Source of the DNA: Squalus acanthias
Taxonomy: Eukaryota
Assembly: GCA_030390025.1 (NCBI GenBank)
Contig: CM059443.1
Span: 50,406,001 to 50,470,000, forward strand
DNA length: 64,000 bases
Reading direction: 5' to 3'
Below, in pieces: positions 12,501-24,095 of this stretch. A model generated the notes under the pieces. That model was not told where the DNA came from. It made no database searches and saw only the letters and a list, made by a program, of their open reading frames with translations. A program made the position numbers and the translations under genes. The number at the start of each line of letters is the position of its first letter. Position 1 is the first letter of the stretch.

Positions 12501-15500
12501 CACTTATGTGGCGCGAATGTTACTTGCCACTTATCAGCCCAAGCCTGAATGTTGTTCAGGTCTTGCTGCATGCAGACACGGACTGCTTCATTATCTGAGG
12601 AGTTGCGAATGGAACTGAATACTATGCAGTCATCAGCAAACATCCCCACTTCTGTCCTTATGATGGAGGGAAGGTCATTGATGAAGCAGCTGAAGATAGT
12701 TGGGCCTAGGACACTGCCCTGAGGAACTTTTGCAGCAATGTCCTGGGGCTGAGATGATTGGCCTCCAACAACCAGAACCACCTTCCTTTGTGATAGGTAT
12801 GACTCCAGCCAGTGGAGAGTTTACCCCCTGATTCCATTGCCTTCAATTTTACTAAGGTTCCTTGATGCCACACTCGGTCAAATGCTGCCTTAATGTCAAG
12901 GGCAGTCACTCTCACCTCCCCTCTGGAATTCAGCTTTTGTCCATGTTTGGACCAAGGTTGTAATGAGGTCTGGAGCCAAGTGGTTCTAGCAGAACCCAAA
13001 CTGAGCATCAGTGAGCAGGTTATTGGTGAGTAAGTGCCACTTAATAGTACTGTCGACAATACCTTCCATCACTTTGCTGATGATTGAGAGTAGACTGATG
13101 GCGCGGGAATTGACCGTTTTGGATTTATACTACTTTTTGAAGACCGGACATACCTGGGCAATTTTCCACTTTGTCGGGTAGATGCCAGTGTTGTAGCTGT
13201 ACTGGAACAGCTTGGCTAGAGGCACGGCTAGTTCTGCAGCACAAGCCTTCAGCACGACAGCCGGGATGTTGTCGGGGCTCATAGCCTTTGCTGTATCCAG
13301 TGCGCTCAACCGTTTCTTGATAGCACGTGGAGTGAATCAAATTGGCTGAAGACAGGCTTCTGTGATGGTGGGGACCTCAGGAGGAGGCCGAGATGAATCA
13401 TCCACTCGCCACTACTGGCTGAAGGTGGTTGCAAACACTTCAGCCTTGTCTTTTGCACTCACGTGCTGGGCTCTGACATCATTGAAATGGGGCTGTGCAT
13501 GGAGCCTCCTCCCGTTAGTTGTTTAATGGTCCACCACCATTCACGATGTGGCAGGACTGCAGAGCTTTGATCTCATCCATTGGTTGTGGGATCGCTTTAC
13601 TCTGTCTATAGCATGCTGCTTCTGCTGTTTAGCATGCATGTATTGTAGCTTCACCAGGTTGGCACCTCATTTTTTGGTACGTCTGCTGCTGTTCCTGGCA
13701 TGCTCTTCTACACTGCTCATTGAACCGGGGTTGGTCCCCTGGCTTGATGTTAATGGTAGAGTGAGGGATATGTCGGCCCATGAGGTTACAGATTGTGATG
13801 GAGTGCAATTCTGCTGCCGCTGATGGTCCACAGCACCGCATGGATGTCCAGTTTTGAGCAGCTAGATCTGTTCTGAATCTATCCCATTTAGCACGGTGGT
13901 AGTGCCACACAACACGATGGAGGGTGTCCTCAGGATGAAGACGGGTCCTCATCTCCACAAGGACTGTGCGGTGGTCACTCTTACCAATACTGTCATGGAG
14001 AGATGCATCTGCGACAGGTAGACTGGTGAGGACGAGGTCAAGTATGTTTCTCCCTCGTATTGGTTCTTTCACCACCCGCCGCTGGCAGCTATGTCCTTCA
14101 GGGCTTGGCCAGCTCCGTCAGTAGCGGTGCTACCGAGCCACTCGGTGATGGATATTGAAGTCGCCCACCCAGAGTACATTCTGTGCCCTTGCTACCCTCA
14201 GTGCTTCTTCCAAGTGGTGTTCAACGTGGAGGAGTACTGATTCATCAGCTGAGGGAGGGCGGAAGGTGGTAATCAGCAGGAGGTTTCCTTGCCCATGTTT
14301 GATCTGATGCCATGAGACCTCTTGGGGTCAGGGAGTCAATGTTGAGGACTCCAAGGGCCACTCCCTCCAACTGTATACCACTGTGCTGCCACCTCTGGTG
14401 GGTCTGTCTTGCCTGAGGGACAGGCCATACTTAGGGATGGTGATGGAGGAGCCTGGGACATTTCGTGAAAGAATTATTTATATTATTTATATTGAATTAT
14501 TTATATTAAATGAGTCGCATTGTTTCTAGATTGTATCACTTACTTTGAGTATTTGTACGAGTTAAGCTGCTGGTCACTGAGGAGAATCCAGATGTTGAGG
14601 TGGGGGTGTCTGAAGATTTACCACTGCTCATTACACTGGTTACCTGGGCTGAGGAACATACTTTTCTGGTTAGACTCTGGAATAGTGCAATGGCGAAGGA
14701 AGTAAATGAAAGCAACTTATAACGGCTAAAAACTGTACAACTGATCTGGAATGTCTCAGTTTGAATTATTGATATTAAATGATTCACATCATATTCTAGA
14801 TTGTATCGCTTACTTTGAGTATTTGTACGAGTTAAGCTGCTGGTCACTGAGGAGATTCCAGATGTTGAGGTGGGGGTGTCTGAAGTCTCTGCACTCGCCT
14901 CTGTCACAGTAAGGGAGATGTTTGCTGCAATCTTCCAGACAGGTTTCCCTGAATCCTGACCGTGGACAGCACAGAGATACTTCCCAGTGTCCACCACATC
15001 CGCTGAGTGAATAGTAAGGTTGTGAGACTGGGGTCTAGCAGTAGGATTGTCTGAGCTTTGGGCAGAGATTCTTTGTGACGACCTTCTATCCACACAGCAG
15101 CGTGTGTTAATTTTTGCCTCCTTTTCCTCAATGTGAACAGAGTGCAGACACTTGGAAACGTTTCCAGATCTGATCCAAAACAGAGTGAAGGGGAGCTTTT
15201 TTGTATTCTCAAACTGGCAGGGTAAAGTCACATTCACTCCCTCTGAGGAGATTTCTTCAGTAGAAAATATTTCATCTGAATGTATAAACAACATTTACAA
15301 GAACATTTATTAATATAATAATCTTCATTGCGGTAGTTTGTCAAACGATTTCCTAAAGTCCATGTACAGTATATTCCCTGCATTCCTCCATTTACCATAT
15401 CTGTTACCTTCTCGACGGTTTTTCAACCTCAATCATCCTCTTTGAAATCCGTGCCAGCTACTTATCACTATTTTCTCTTTATCTATATACATGGTTATTT

Positions 15501-18500
15501 CATCTTAATAAAGACCCTAAAGTTTTCCCAATGACAGTTATCTGCCCTAAAACCTCCTCTAATATCTCCCCAACACCTCCCAATATCTCCTCTAACATCT
15601 CACCTTATATCTCCCCTAAAGTCCCGGCAATAACTTCCCCGATACCACCCCATACTTCCCCTGATATCTCCTCCGATACTTCCCCGATCCCTCCCCCGAT
15701 ATTGCCCCAGTACACGTACCACTCTGGATTATCACAAAGAACAAGTCGTGGTTTTCACATCCCTCTCCTGACAGTGTGAGCCAGGACGGACAGTTCGATG
15801 ATCCTCCGTCTGTGGAATCCTGAGCCGAGCAGGTAAATACCATCGAGTTAAACGTCTCCACATCGAATGTCAGAGACTGAGACTCCATTTGTTCTTCATT
15901 TAATTTGCATTTACTAGACTTTGGTTTGCTGGGCCTTTTTCTCAACTTAGGACTGATGTTTTCACCAAATTTCCTTTCCTTCTTACATTTTATTTTGTCC
16001 ATTTCTGCTCCGAGATCAGTGGAGCTGCACAAGGTTACTTCATCCCCAGCACCAGTGGGCACGTTGCACTGCAGAGTGGTGACATCTCCTGGTCCTCGGG
16101 AGAAGAGATAAGTGGATCCTGCAGGGAAAGGGCAGAATCGGATAGAGATAAATAACATCCAACACAGGAAAGATCATTAAACACTCAATGTGACACAAGC
16201 CTCTCACAGTAAACGAAGGAATCATACTCTTGGTAATAGGCCAGTTTATTGTTCCTTTCATAGACTTCTTTGCCACAGTCTATAAATTAGCATCCCTCTC
16301 CATTCTCAGCCTTCTACACTGTTCCAACAAAGCTCAACGTAAGCTCGAGGAACAGCACCTCATAGAAGCATAGAAGATAGGAGCAGGAGTAGGCCATTCG
16401 GCCCCTCGAGCCTGCTCCGCCATTTAATGAGATCATGGCTGATCATCCAAATTCAGTACCCTGTCCCTGCTTTCTCCCCATATCCCTTGATCCCTTTAGC
16501 CTTAAGAAATATATCTATCTCCTTCTTGAATATATTTAATGAATTGGCCTCAACTGCCTTCTGTGGTAGAGAATTCCACAGGTTTACCACTCTCTGGGTG
16601 AAGAAATTCCTCCTCATCTCAGTCCTAAATGGCTTACCCCTTATCCTTAGACTGTGACCCCTGTTTCTGGACTCACCCGCCATCGGAAACATCCTTCCTG
16701 CATCTAGTCTGTCTAGTCCTGTTAGAATTTTATAAGTTTCAATGAGATCCCTTCTCATTCTTCTAAACTCTAGCGAATATAAGCCTAATCGACCCAATCT
16801 CTCTTCATACGTCATTCCTGCCATCCCAGGTATCAGTCTGGTAAATCTTCGCTGCACTCCCTCCATGGCAAGAACATCCTTCCTCAGATAAGGCGACCAA
16901 AACTGCACACAATACACAATACTCATCTTTCAATTAGGCACTTTACAGCCTTCTGGACTCAACATCGAGTTCAACAATTTCAGACCATAACCTCTGCCCC
17001 TATTTTTTCAGACAGCAGCTGTTGATGATTCTGCCATCCCCATTTGCAACATTTAACCACTCCTGCCTTCCACCCTATCACAGACCGTCCCTTTTCTTCT
17101 TTCCTCCCCGCCCCTCTTTCCCTGCCCCTGCACCTGGTTAAAATCTGTTACATCTCTAACTTTTTCCAGTTGTGACGAAGGATCACAGACCTGAAACGTT
17201 GACTCTGTTTCTCTCTCCACGGATGCTGCCTGACCTGCTGAGTGTTTCCAGCATTTTCTGTTTCTGTGCTGTAAATTAGCATATCCACTTGATGTTACCA
17301 ATTATTTTTTGTCTAATTACTTCTTCCAAATTGTTTCATTAACGCTTGTTGACAATGTCTATGTTTTCGGCCTTGTCGAAATGACCAACAATATCCTGTG
17401 TGATTACAATCACAGTGCGTTATCCTTCCTCAACCTCCTCAGCATCTCCAAGGCCCTTGACACAGTCAACCTCCGCAAATGCCTCTCCAATGGCCCACCT
17501 TTGTGGCACTGCCCGCAAATACATCCAGTCCTATCTGTCGCAGTGTAGCCAGCACATCCTCAGGAATCGCTCTTCTCCCGTGTCCAATGGTCGCCCCTCG
17601 TCCACCCAAGGCTCCATCCTTGCCCTATCCTATATTCCACCCATACGTGATGTCTCTCAGGAACGTTGTCAAGGAGTCAGCTTCTAAACGTAGCCAAGTC
17701 GATACCTCACTTCACCTCTCCATCAATGCCCTCAGTGCTGGACTGTCCGATTTCTTATCTGGCATCGGGTTCGGGAAAAACCAGGACTCTCCTCAGCTCA
17801 AAGTTGGGAAAGGCTAAGCCATCCCGTTCAGCTCCAGTACACACTGACCCTATTTGACCCTGAGCTGAACCTCAAACCCATATCCAGCCCACCACCAGAT
17901 GTCGTGACTTCCCCTCCCAAAGATTGCCTACCTCCATTCCTACCTCACCCTCAGTGCTGCTGGAACTCTCCTCCACAGCTTCATCTCCTCGACCACTGAC
18001 ATCTCCAATCCTTTCCTCATCGACCTCCTGAGCTTCACCGATAACAGACTCCAACTCAGCCGGAACCCATCACCCACATCCTGTCCCACACAGCATCCTA
18101 ATCACCAATCACTCCTGTCCTCACTGACCTCCCCCAGGCATTGAATTCAAAACTCCCCATTACACTCCTAGGGCAATGTCCTAGGCCCACCTATCTTCAG
18201 CTGCTTCATCAATGCCCTTCCCTCTATCATAAGGACAGAAGTGGGGATGTTCCCTGATGATTGCAGAGTGTTCAGCTCTATTCACAATTCCTCAGATAAT
18301 GAAGCAGTCCGTGCCTGCATGCAGCAACACCTGGACAAACATAGAAACATAGAAAAATCGGAGCAGGAGTAGGCCATTTGGCCCTTCGAGCCTGCTCCGC
18401 CATTCAATATGATCATGGCTGATCCTCTATCTCAATACCATATGCCCGCTCTCTCTCCATATCCCTTGATGCCTTTTGTGTCTAGAAATCTATCTATCTC

Positions 18501-21500
18501 CTTCTTAAATATATTCAGTGACTTGGCCTCCACAGCTGTCTGTGGTAGAGAATTCCACAGGTTCACCACCCTCTGAGTGAAGACATTTTTCCTCATCTCA
18601 GTCCTAAATGTCCTACCCTGTTTCCTGAGACTGTGACCCCTCATTCTACTTCTAGAGCCCACCAATCCAGGGGAAACAGCCTCCCTGCATCCAGTCTGTC
18701 TAGCCCTGTCAGAATGTTATACTTTTCCACGAGATCCCCTCTCATTCTTCTAAACTCTAGTGAATACAGGCCTAGTCGGCCCAATCTCTCCTCATACGAC
18801 AGTCCTGCCATCCCAGGAATCAGTCTGGTGAACCTTCGCTGCACTCCCTCTATGGCAAGTATATCCTTTCTTAGATAAGGAGACCAAAAGTGCACACAGT
18901 ACTCCAGGTGCGGTCTCACCAAGGCCCTGTATAACTGTAGTAAGACATCCTTGCTCCTGTACTCAAATCCTCTTGCAATGAAGGCCAACATGCCATATGA
19001 AGGACAACATCCAGGCTTGGCCTGATAAGTGGCAAGTAACATTTGCACCACACAAGTCCCAGGCAATGGCCATAGCCAACAAGAGAGAGTCTAACCATCT
19101 CCTCTTGACATGCAATGGCATTACCATCGTCAAAACGTCCACCATAAACATCCTGGGGGAGCCATCATTGATCAGAAACAAAACTGGCACATCTTTGGCA
19201 TCTGCAAAAGCTTCCTTAAAATCTACCTCTCCAACTGAGCATTTGGCCACTTCCACTCACTCCCCTCCTACCTCAAGTTTCCGTCCTTCCCTGCACTTCT
19301 ACATTTGCAAAACACCACAAGACCTTTCCCACTTTAAGCGCTCTCTATAAATTCAGTTCCTTTTTCTCATGATGCCAACTGTGGTTCAGTGGGTAGCGCT
19401 CTCGCTCCTGAGTCAGAATGTTGTGAGTTCAAGACCCACTCCAGAGACTTGAGCACAACAATCTAGGCTGATACTCCCAGTACAGTGCTGAGGGAGTGCC
19501 GCACTGTCGGAGGTGCCGCCTTTTGGATGACATATTAAACCGAGGCCCCATCTGCTCTCCCAGGTCGATATAAAAGGTTCCACGGCCACTATTTCAAAGA
19601 AGAGCAATGAAGTTCTCCCGGTGTTCTGGTCAATATTTATCACCAACATCAACCAACATCACTAAAACACATTAACTGGTCATTATCACATTGCTGTTTG
19701 TGGGAGCTTCCTGTGTGCAAATTGACTGCTGCGTTTCCTACATTACAACAGTGATTACACTTCAAAAGTACTTCATTGGCTGTAAGTTGCTTTGGGACGT
19801 CCTGAGGTTGTGGAAGGTGCTATAGAAATGCAAGTCTTTCTTTTCTTGTAATGAGCAGGTTTCTGATCAGCACATCTGGATTATCAGAAAGATATTTTCT
19901 GCAGTGTGTTCGGAGGCTCATTTCCGGCTGGTTAAGATGCTAAGCTGTGATGGAGAAGTTAGCACAGCTCTGATTGGTTGGGTTAAATTCCGGAACATAG
20001 TGTATCATGGAGCGGCTGATAGGGATCTGTGTTTACATAAGAACATAAGAAATAGGAGCAGGTGTAGCTCATTCGGCCCCTCGAGCCTGCTCCTCCATGC
20101 AATAAGATCATGGCTGATCTGATCTTGGCCTCAACTCCACTTTCCTGCCCGCTCCACCATAACCCTTGATTCCCCAGTTTTTCAAAATCTGTCTATCCCC
20201 GCCTTGTATATATAAACAATGACTCAGCCTCCACAGATCTCTGGGGTAGAGAATTCCAAAGATTCACGACCCTCTGAGAGCAGAAATTCCTCCTCATCTC
20301 CGTTTTAAATGGGCGACCCCTTATTCTGAAACTATGACCCCTAGTTCTAGATTCCCCAATGAGGGGAAACATCCTCCCTGCATCTACCCCAGTCAAGCCC
20401 CCTCAAAATCTTATATGGTTCAAGAAGATCACCTCTCATTCTTCTAAACTCCAATGAGTATAGGCCCAACCTGCTCAATCTTTCCTCATAAGACAACCCC
20501 TTCATCTCAGATCACCTAGTGAACCTTCTCTGAACTGCCTCCAATGCAAGTATATCCTTCCTTAAATAAGGAGACCAAATCTGTACGCAGTACTCCAGGT
20601 GTGGTCTCACCAACGCCCTGTACAGTTGTAGCAAGACTTCTCTACTTTTATACTCCATCCCCCTTGCAATAAAGGCCAATATTCCATTTGCCTTCCTAAT
20701 TATTTGCTGTACCTGCATGCAAACTTTTTGTGTTTCATCTACGAAGACACCCAGATCCCTCTGTTCTGCAGCATTCTGTAGTCTCTCTCCATTTCAATAA
20801 TATTTTGCTTTTTTATTCTTCCTACCAATGTTAATAACCTCACATTTTCTCACATTATACTCCATCTGCCAAATTTTTCCCCACTCACTTAACCTATCTA
20901 TATCCCTTTGCAGACTCTTTGTGTACTCCTCAAAACTTGCTTTCCCAACTATCTTTGTATCATCAGCAAATTTGGCAACAGTACACTCGGTCCCTTCATC
21001 CAAGTCATTAATATAGATTGTAAATTGTTGAGGCCCCAGCACTGATCCCTGTGGCACCCCACTAGTTACAGTTTGCCAACCTGAAAATGACCCATTTATC
21101 CAACTCTCTGTTTTCTGTTAGTTAGCCAATCCTCTAGCCAACCTAATATATTACCCCAACACCATGAGCTATCATCTTGTGCAGTAACCTTTTATGCGGC
21201 ACTTTATCGAATGCCTTCTGGAAATCCAAATACACGACATCTACCGGTTCCCCTTTATCCACCCTGCTCGTGACATCCTCAAAGAACTCTAGTAAATTTG
21301 TCAAACACGATTTCTCTTTCATGAAACCATGTTGACTCTGCTTGATTGTATTATGATTTTCTAAATGTCCTGCTATTCCTTCCTTAATAATGGATTCCAG
21401 CATTTTCCCAATGACAGATGTTAGGTTAACTGGCCTATAGTTTCCTGCTTTCTGTCTCCCTCCTTTCTTGAATGGGGAAGTTACATTTGGGGTTTTCCAA

Positions 21501-23477
21501 TCCGCTGGGACATCTCCAGAATCCAGGGAATTTTGGTAAATTTTCACCAATGCATCCACTATCTCTGCAGCCACTTCTTCTAAGACTCTAGGATGCAGGC
21601 CATCAGGTCCAGGGGACTTGTCAGCCTTTAGTCCCATTAGTTTGCCTAGTACTTTTTCTCTAGTGATAGTAATTGTTTTAAGCTCCTCCCTCCCTATAGC
21701 CTGTTCATTATCAATTATTATTGGGCAACTTGAGCATCTGACAGGCACAATTCCCCCTGTAATGGCCCTCACAGACTTCACCCAGAAACTCTCCACTCAC
21801 TGACACAGATGTGTCAGTACTGCAGATCACTATTCCAATAGAGCTCGAATAAACACTGAATCACATCTCCCAGTCAGACTCGATTGTAACTCAGACATCA
21901 GCCGTGTTGGACTGAGGATAGGAGCAGACGTCACTTATCATTTCAGGAACTCAGTCTGTCTGCAGACTGCACCCACCACACACAGTCTGTTTAGAAAAAC
22001 CAGCAGCCAAATTACACAGAGACTGGTTACAAACCCCCCATTACACAGTCTGGATAGAGACCCCCCCATTACACAGTCTGGATAGAGACCCCCCCCATTA
22101 CACAGTCTGGATAGAGACCCCCCCCCATTACAGTCTGGATAGAGACCCCCCCCATTACAGTCTGGATAGAGACCCCCCCCATTACAGTCTGGATAGAGAC
22201 CCCCCCCATTACAGTCTGGATAGAGACCCCCCCCATTACACAGTCTGGATAGAGACCCCCCCCATTACAGTCTGGATAGAGACCCCCCCCATTACACAGT
22301 CTGGATAGAGACCCCTACCGCCCCCTCCAATCACAGTGTCAGTTCCCATTTCTTTACAGAAGAATCGTGAAATGGGTGGGTCTGTAATGTACAGAAGGAC
22401 CTGAGCTGCTCCATTTTGCCAGAGTTGCTGAATTCCAGCCCTGGTCCGTGTGGTGTTGTGGATCCTGCCCAGTGTGGTTTGCACCCTTTACACTTCTCCG
22501 CAGTATTTATTGGTGTGAGGCTCGGCTGAGTCATCAACCATAATTGTTACTTTAGAGTTCACAGTGATCGAGTCTGAGCACAAAATCTTACACAGAATTA
22601 CATAGAATGTACGGCACAGAAACAGGCCATTCGGCCCAACTGCTCCATGCCGGTGTTAATGCTGCACAGGAGCCTCATCCCACCCCTCTTCATCAAACCC
22701 TGTCAGCAAATCCTTCTCACGCTTCTGAATCTTCCACCATTTAATTCTTAAAGTGAGATATGATTCTGCAGTAAGCGAACTTGGGATAGGATCAGCGCTG
22801 TTCTCGTACTTCATCTCTGCGCTGTTTTAAAACAGGTGTTGAACCAAAGATGTTTGCAGCACTGAGGAAACCGTTCGGCCCATCGTGCCAGTGCTGGCTC
22901 TTTGCCAGAGCAAACCCATTGCCCCCCACTCTCCCCACAGCCCTGTATCTTCCTCTGCTTCAAATGTTTTTCCAGTTTTACTTCAAAAGATGTAAAGGTC
23001 TCTGCCTCAACCACCCCGTGTGATAAATTTTTGGGAACGAAGGGAATTAAGGGATATGGGGATAGTGCAGGAAGGTGGAGTTGAGGTAGAAGATGAGCCA
23101 AGATTTTGTTGAATGGCGGAGCAGGCTTGAAGTGCCAAATGGCCTGCTCCAGCTCCTATTTCTTATGTAAAACAACCCTCTGTGTGAAGAATTTTTTCCT
23201 AACCTGTCTCCTCACTCTCAGTGGCACTTTTGAACTGACGCCCCATGATTAAACCATGTTAAAATGGCCCAGCGAGGACTGTGATGCAAGCTCATTAAAC
23301 GTCCACACGAAAACAGCACTGATATCTTTCAATCCTTATATTTCTCCATTGGGATATAGATAGAAACTGATATTTCCAGATAAGAAATATGTTGCAGGTT
23401 AACGTAAAATATTAATCCTTACCTGTAGCATGTTGGAACAGAAGGAAAAGACCCACAAACAAAGCACCGAGCGCCAT
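9081..23477 (-). CDS. Gene A: type I transmembrane Ig-superfamily receptor (SP, atypical Ig domain, V-type Ig domain, S/T stalk, TM, Tyr-motif tail), ~545 aa, probably inhibitory
   Basis: Hand-spliced GT-AG exons with consistent phases: 23477-23423, 16118-15720, 15275-14814, 14676-14644, 11648-11616, 11541-11416, 11305-11284, 11186-11152, 11057-10871, 9526-9492, 9331-9081. They sum to 1638 nt (545 aa + TGA) with no internal stop. All exons and splice sites are conserved in paralogue B. An N-gap (9724-9874) lies in one intron. Confidence 0.85.
9665..10030. repeat. (CT/GT)n compound microsatellite containing assembly gap 9724-9874
   Basis: Visible directly. Confidence 0.95.
10871..11305 (-). 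CDS. Gene A cytoplasmic exons (22, 35 and 187 nt) with FPYSVV, VAYSVT and HVYCLI motifs
   Basis: Exons 11305-11284, 11186-11152 and 11057-10871 join in frame (phases 1-2, 2-1, 1-2). The 22-nt exon has a weaker AAG acceptor. Confidence 0.8.
11416..11541 (-). CDS. Gene A transmembrane exon GPDTATPVKVAIACAVVIICIVGVLCIVGALCIIQRKRQAAK
   Basis: 25 hydrophobic residues followed by a basic stop-transfer (QRKR). Acceptor ctcctctgcag|, donor AAAG|gtaagc. Confidence 0.9.
11740..14460 (-). mobile_element. CR1-clade family 2 LINE in the stalk intron of gene A
   Basis: RT ORF 12140-12781 (VPQGSVLGP/FADD) and EN-region ORF 13629-14075. The same insertion is in B and C, so it predates the gene duplications. 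Confidence 0.9.
14814..15275 (-). CDS. Gene A exon: V-type Ig domain D2 plus S/T-rich stalk
   Basis: VTLPC...LFWI...NLTI...DTGKYLC...ISLTV is a canonical V-set pattern. Acceptor cattcag|AT, donor CAAA|gtaagc, 462 nt, phase 1-1. Confidence 0.92.
15720..16118 (-). CDS. Gene A exon: atypical Cys-rich Ig-like domain D1
   Basis: Acceptor ccctgcag|GATCC, donor AGTG|gtacgt, 399 nt, phase 1-1. TTLQC and VFTC look like the B/F-strand Cys. 7 Cys; no C-strand Trp. Confidence 0.8.
16276..17270 (+). mobile_element. Penelope-like element remnant (GIY-YIG C-terminus plus pLTR) split by a CR1
   Basis: Peptide RKLEEQHL|IFQLGTLQPSGLNIEFNNFRP* joins across the insertion. Degenerate hammerhead core GTGACGA...TGAAAC at 17171-17200. 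Confidence 0.75.
16364..16921 (-). mobile_element. 5'-truncated CR1 family 1
   Basis: ORF 16453-16926 (YCVQFWSP...WNSLP); flanked by a CTCAT duplication (16359-16363 / 16922-16926). Confidence 0.9.
17360..18140 (+). mobile_element. Old, highly decayed L2-type LINE fragment
   Basis: Residual RT-like peptide LVEMTNNIL...ISKALDTVN resembling L2 'LxKVxNDIL...LSAAFDTVDH'. Confidence 0.5.
18165..19160 (+). mobile_element. CR1 family 2 fragment with a nested antisense CR1 family 1 (~18339-18995)
   Basis: Family-2 sequence stops and resumes at a repeated GGACAA. The inner ORFs 18432-19066 encode a CR1 C-terminus. Confidence 0.85.
19381..19850 (+). mobile_element. Near full-length tRNA-derived Deu-domain SINE (SacSINE1-like)
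   Basis: A-box-like GTGGTTCAGTGGG, B-box-like GAGTTCAAGAC, Deu-like core GTGCTGAGGGAGTGCCGCACTGTCGGAGGTGCC, L2-like tail ending TCTTTCTTT. Confidence 0.8.
20035..21720 (-). mobile_element. CR1 family 1-related LINE, frameshifted RT
   Basis: ORFs 20193-21796 with RT motifs; CATAAGAA tail at 20035. Confidence 0.9.
22034..22311. repeat. Minisatellite, 10 x 27-29 bp: C(6-9)ATTAC(AC)AGTCTGGATAGAGA
   Basis: Counted directly. Confidence 0.95.
23423..23477 (-). CDS. Gene A signal-peptide exon MALGALFVGLFLLFQHAT(G)
   Basis: ATG, 18 mostly hydrophobic codons, then a phase-1 donor ACAG|gtaagg. An upstream acceptor ttctctcacag| at 23533 implies a further 5' non-coding exon. Confidence 0.85.
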
Positions 23478-23606
23478 TTCACATTCCTAGCTGGTTCGGA
23501 AGCTGGGTGGCTGTTTCACCATCACACTCTGATCTGTGAGAGAAAATGAGAAGTGCAACCTTTAGAGGTGGTGAAAGAGAAAATCATCTTCCTGTTTGAT
23601 CAGCTC

Positions 23607-24095
23607 AACTACAACAACAATAACAACTTGCATTTATATAGCCCCTTTAACGTAGTAAAACATCCCAAGGTGCTTCACAGGAGTGTTACAAAACAAAATT
23701 TGACACCGGACCACATTAGGGCAGATGACCAAAAGCTTGGTCAAAGAGTTTTGAGGAGCGTCTTGAAGCAGAAAAGAGAGTTAGAGAGGTGAAGAGGTTT
23801 AGGCAGGGAATTCCAGAGCTTAGGGCCTCGGCAGCTGAAGGCACGGCCACCGATGGTTGAGCGATTGAAATCGGGGATGCTCAAGAGGGCAGAATTAGAG
23901 GAGCGCAGTTATCTCGGAGGGTTGTGGGGCTGTGGGTGATTACAGAGATAGGGAGGGGTGATGCTATGGACGGACTTGATAACAAGAATGAGAATTTTAA
24001 AATCCAGGCGTTAATTAACCGGGAGCCAATGTAGGTCAGGTTGATTTGTGAACGGGACTTGGTGCGAGTTAGGACATGGGCAGCAGAGTTATGAT
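23607..24095 (-). mobile_element. L2-type LINE 3' fragment upstream of the gene A signal exon
   Basis: L2-like tail with (AAC)n; absent from the paralogous site at ~43658. Confidence 0.7.

Noticed and set aside
14814-15275. V exons as rearranging Ig/TCR/IgNAR V segments
   Set aside because: The V domain includes its own G strand and stalk in one exon ending at a splice donor. I see no heptamer-spacer-nonamer RSS, J motif (FGxG) or C1 exons.
19381-19450. tRNA gene
   Set aside because: The tRNA-like head continues into a SINE core and tail found in several copies.
22034-22311. CRISPR-like array
   Set aside because: Head-to-tail units with no unique spacers, in a vertebrate context; it is a minisatellite.
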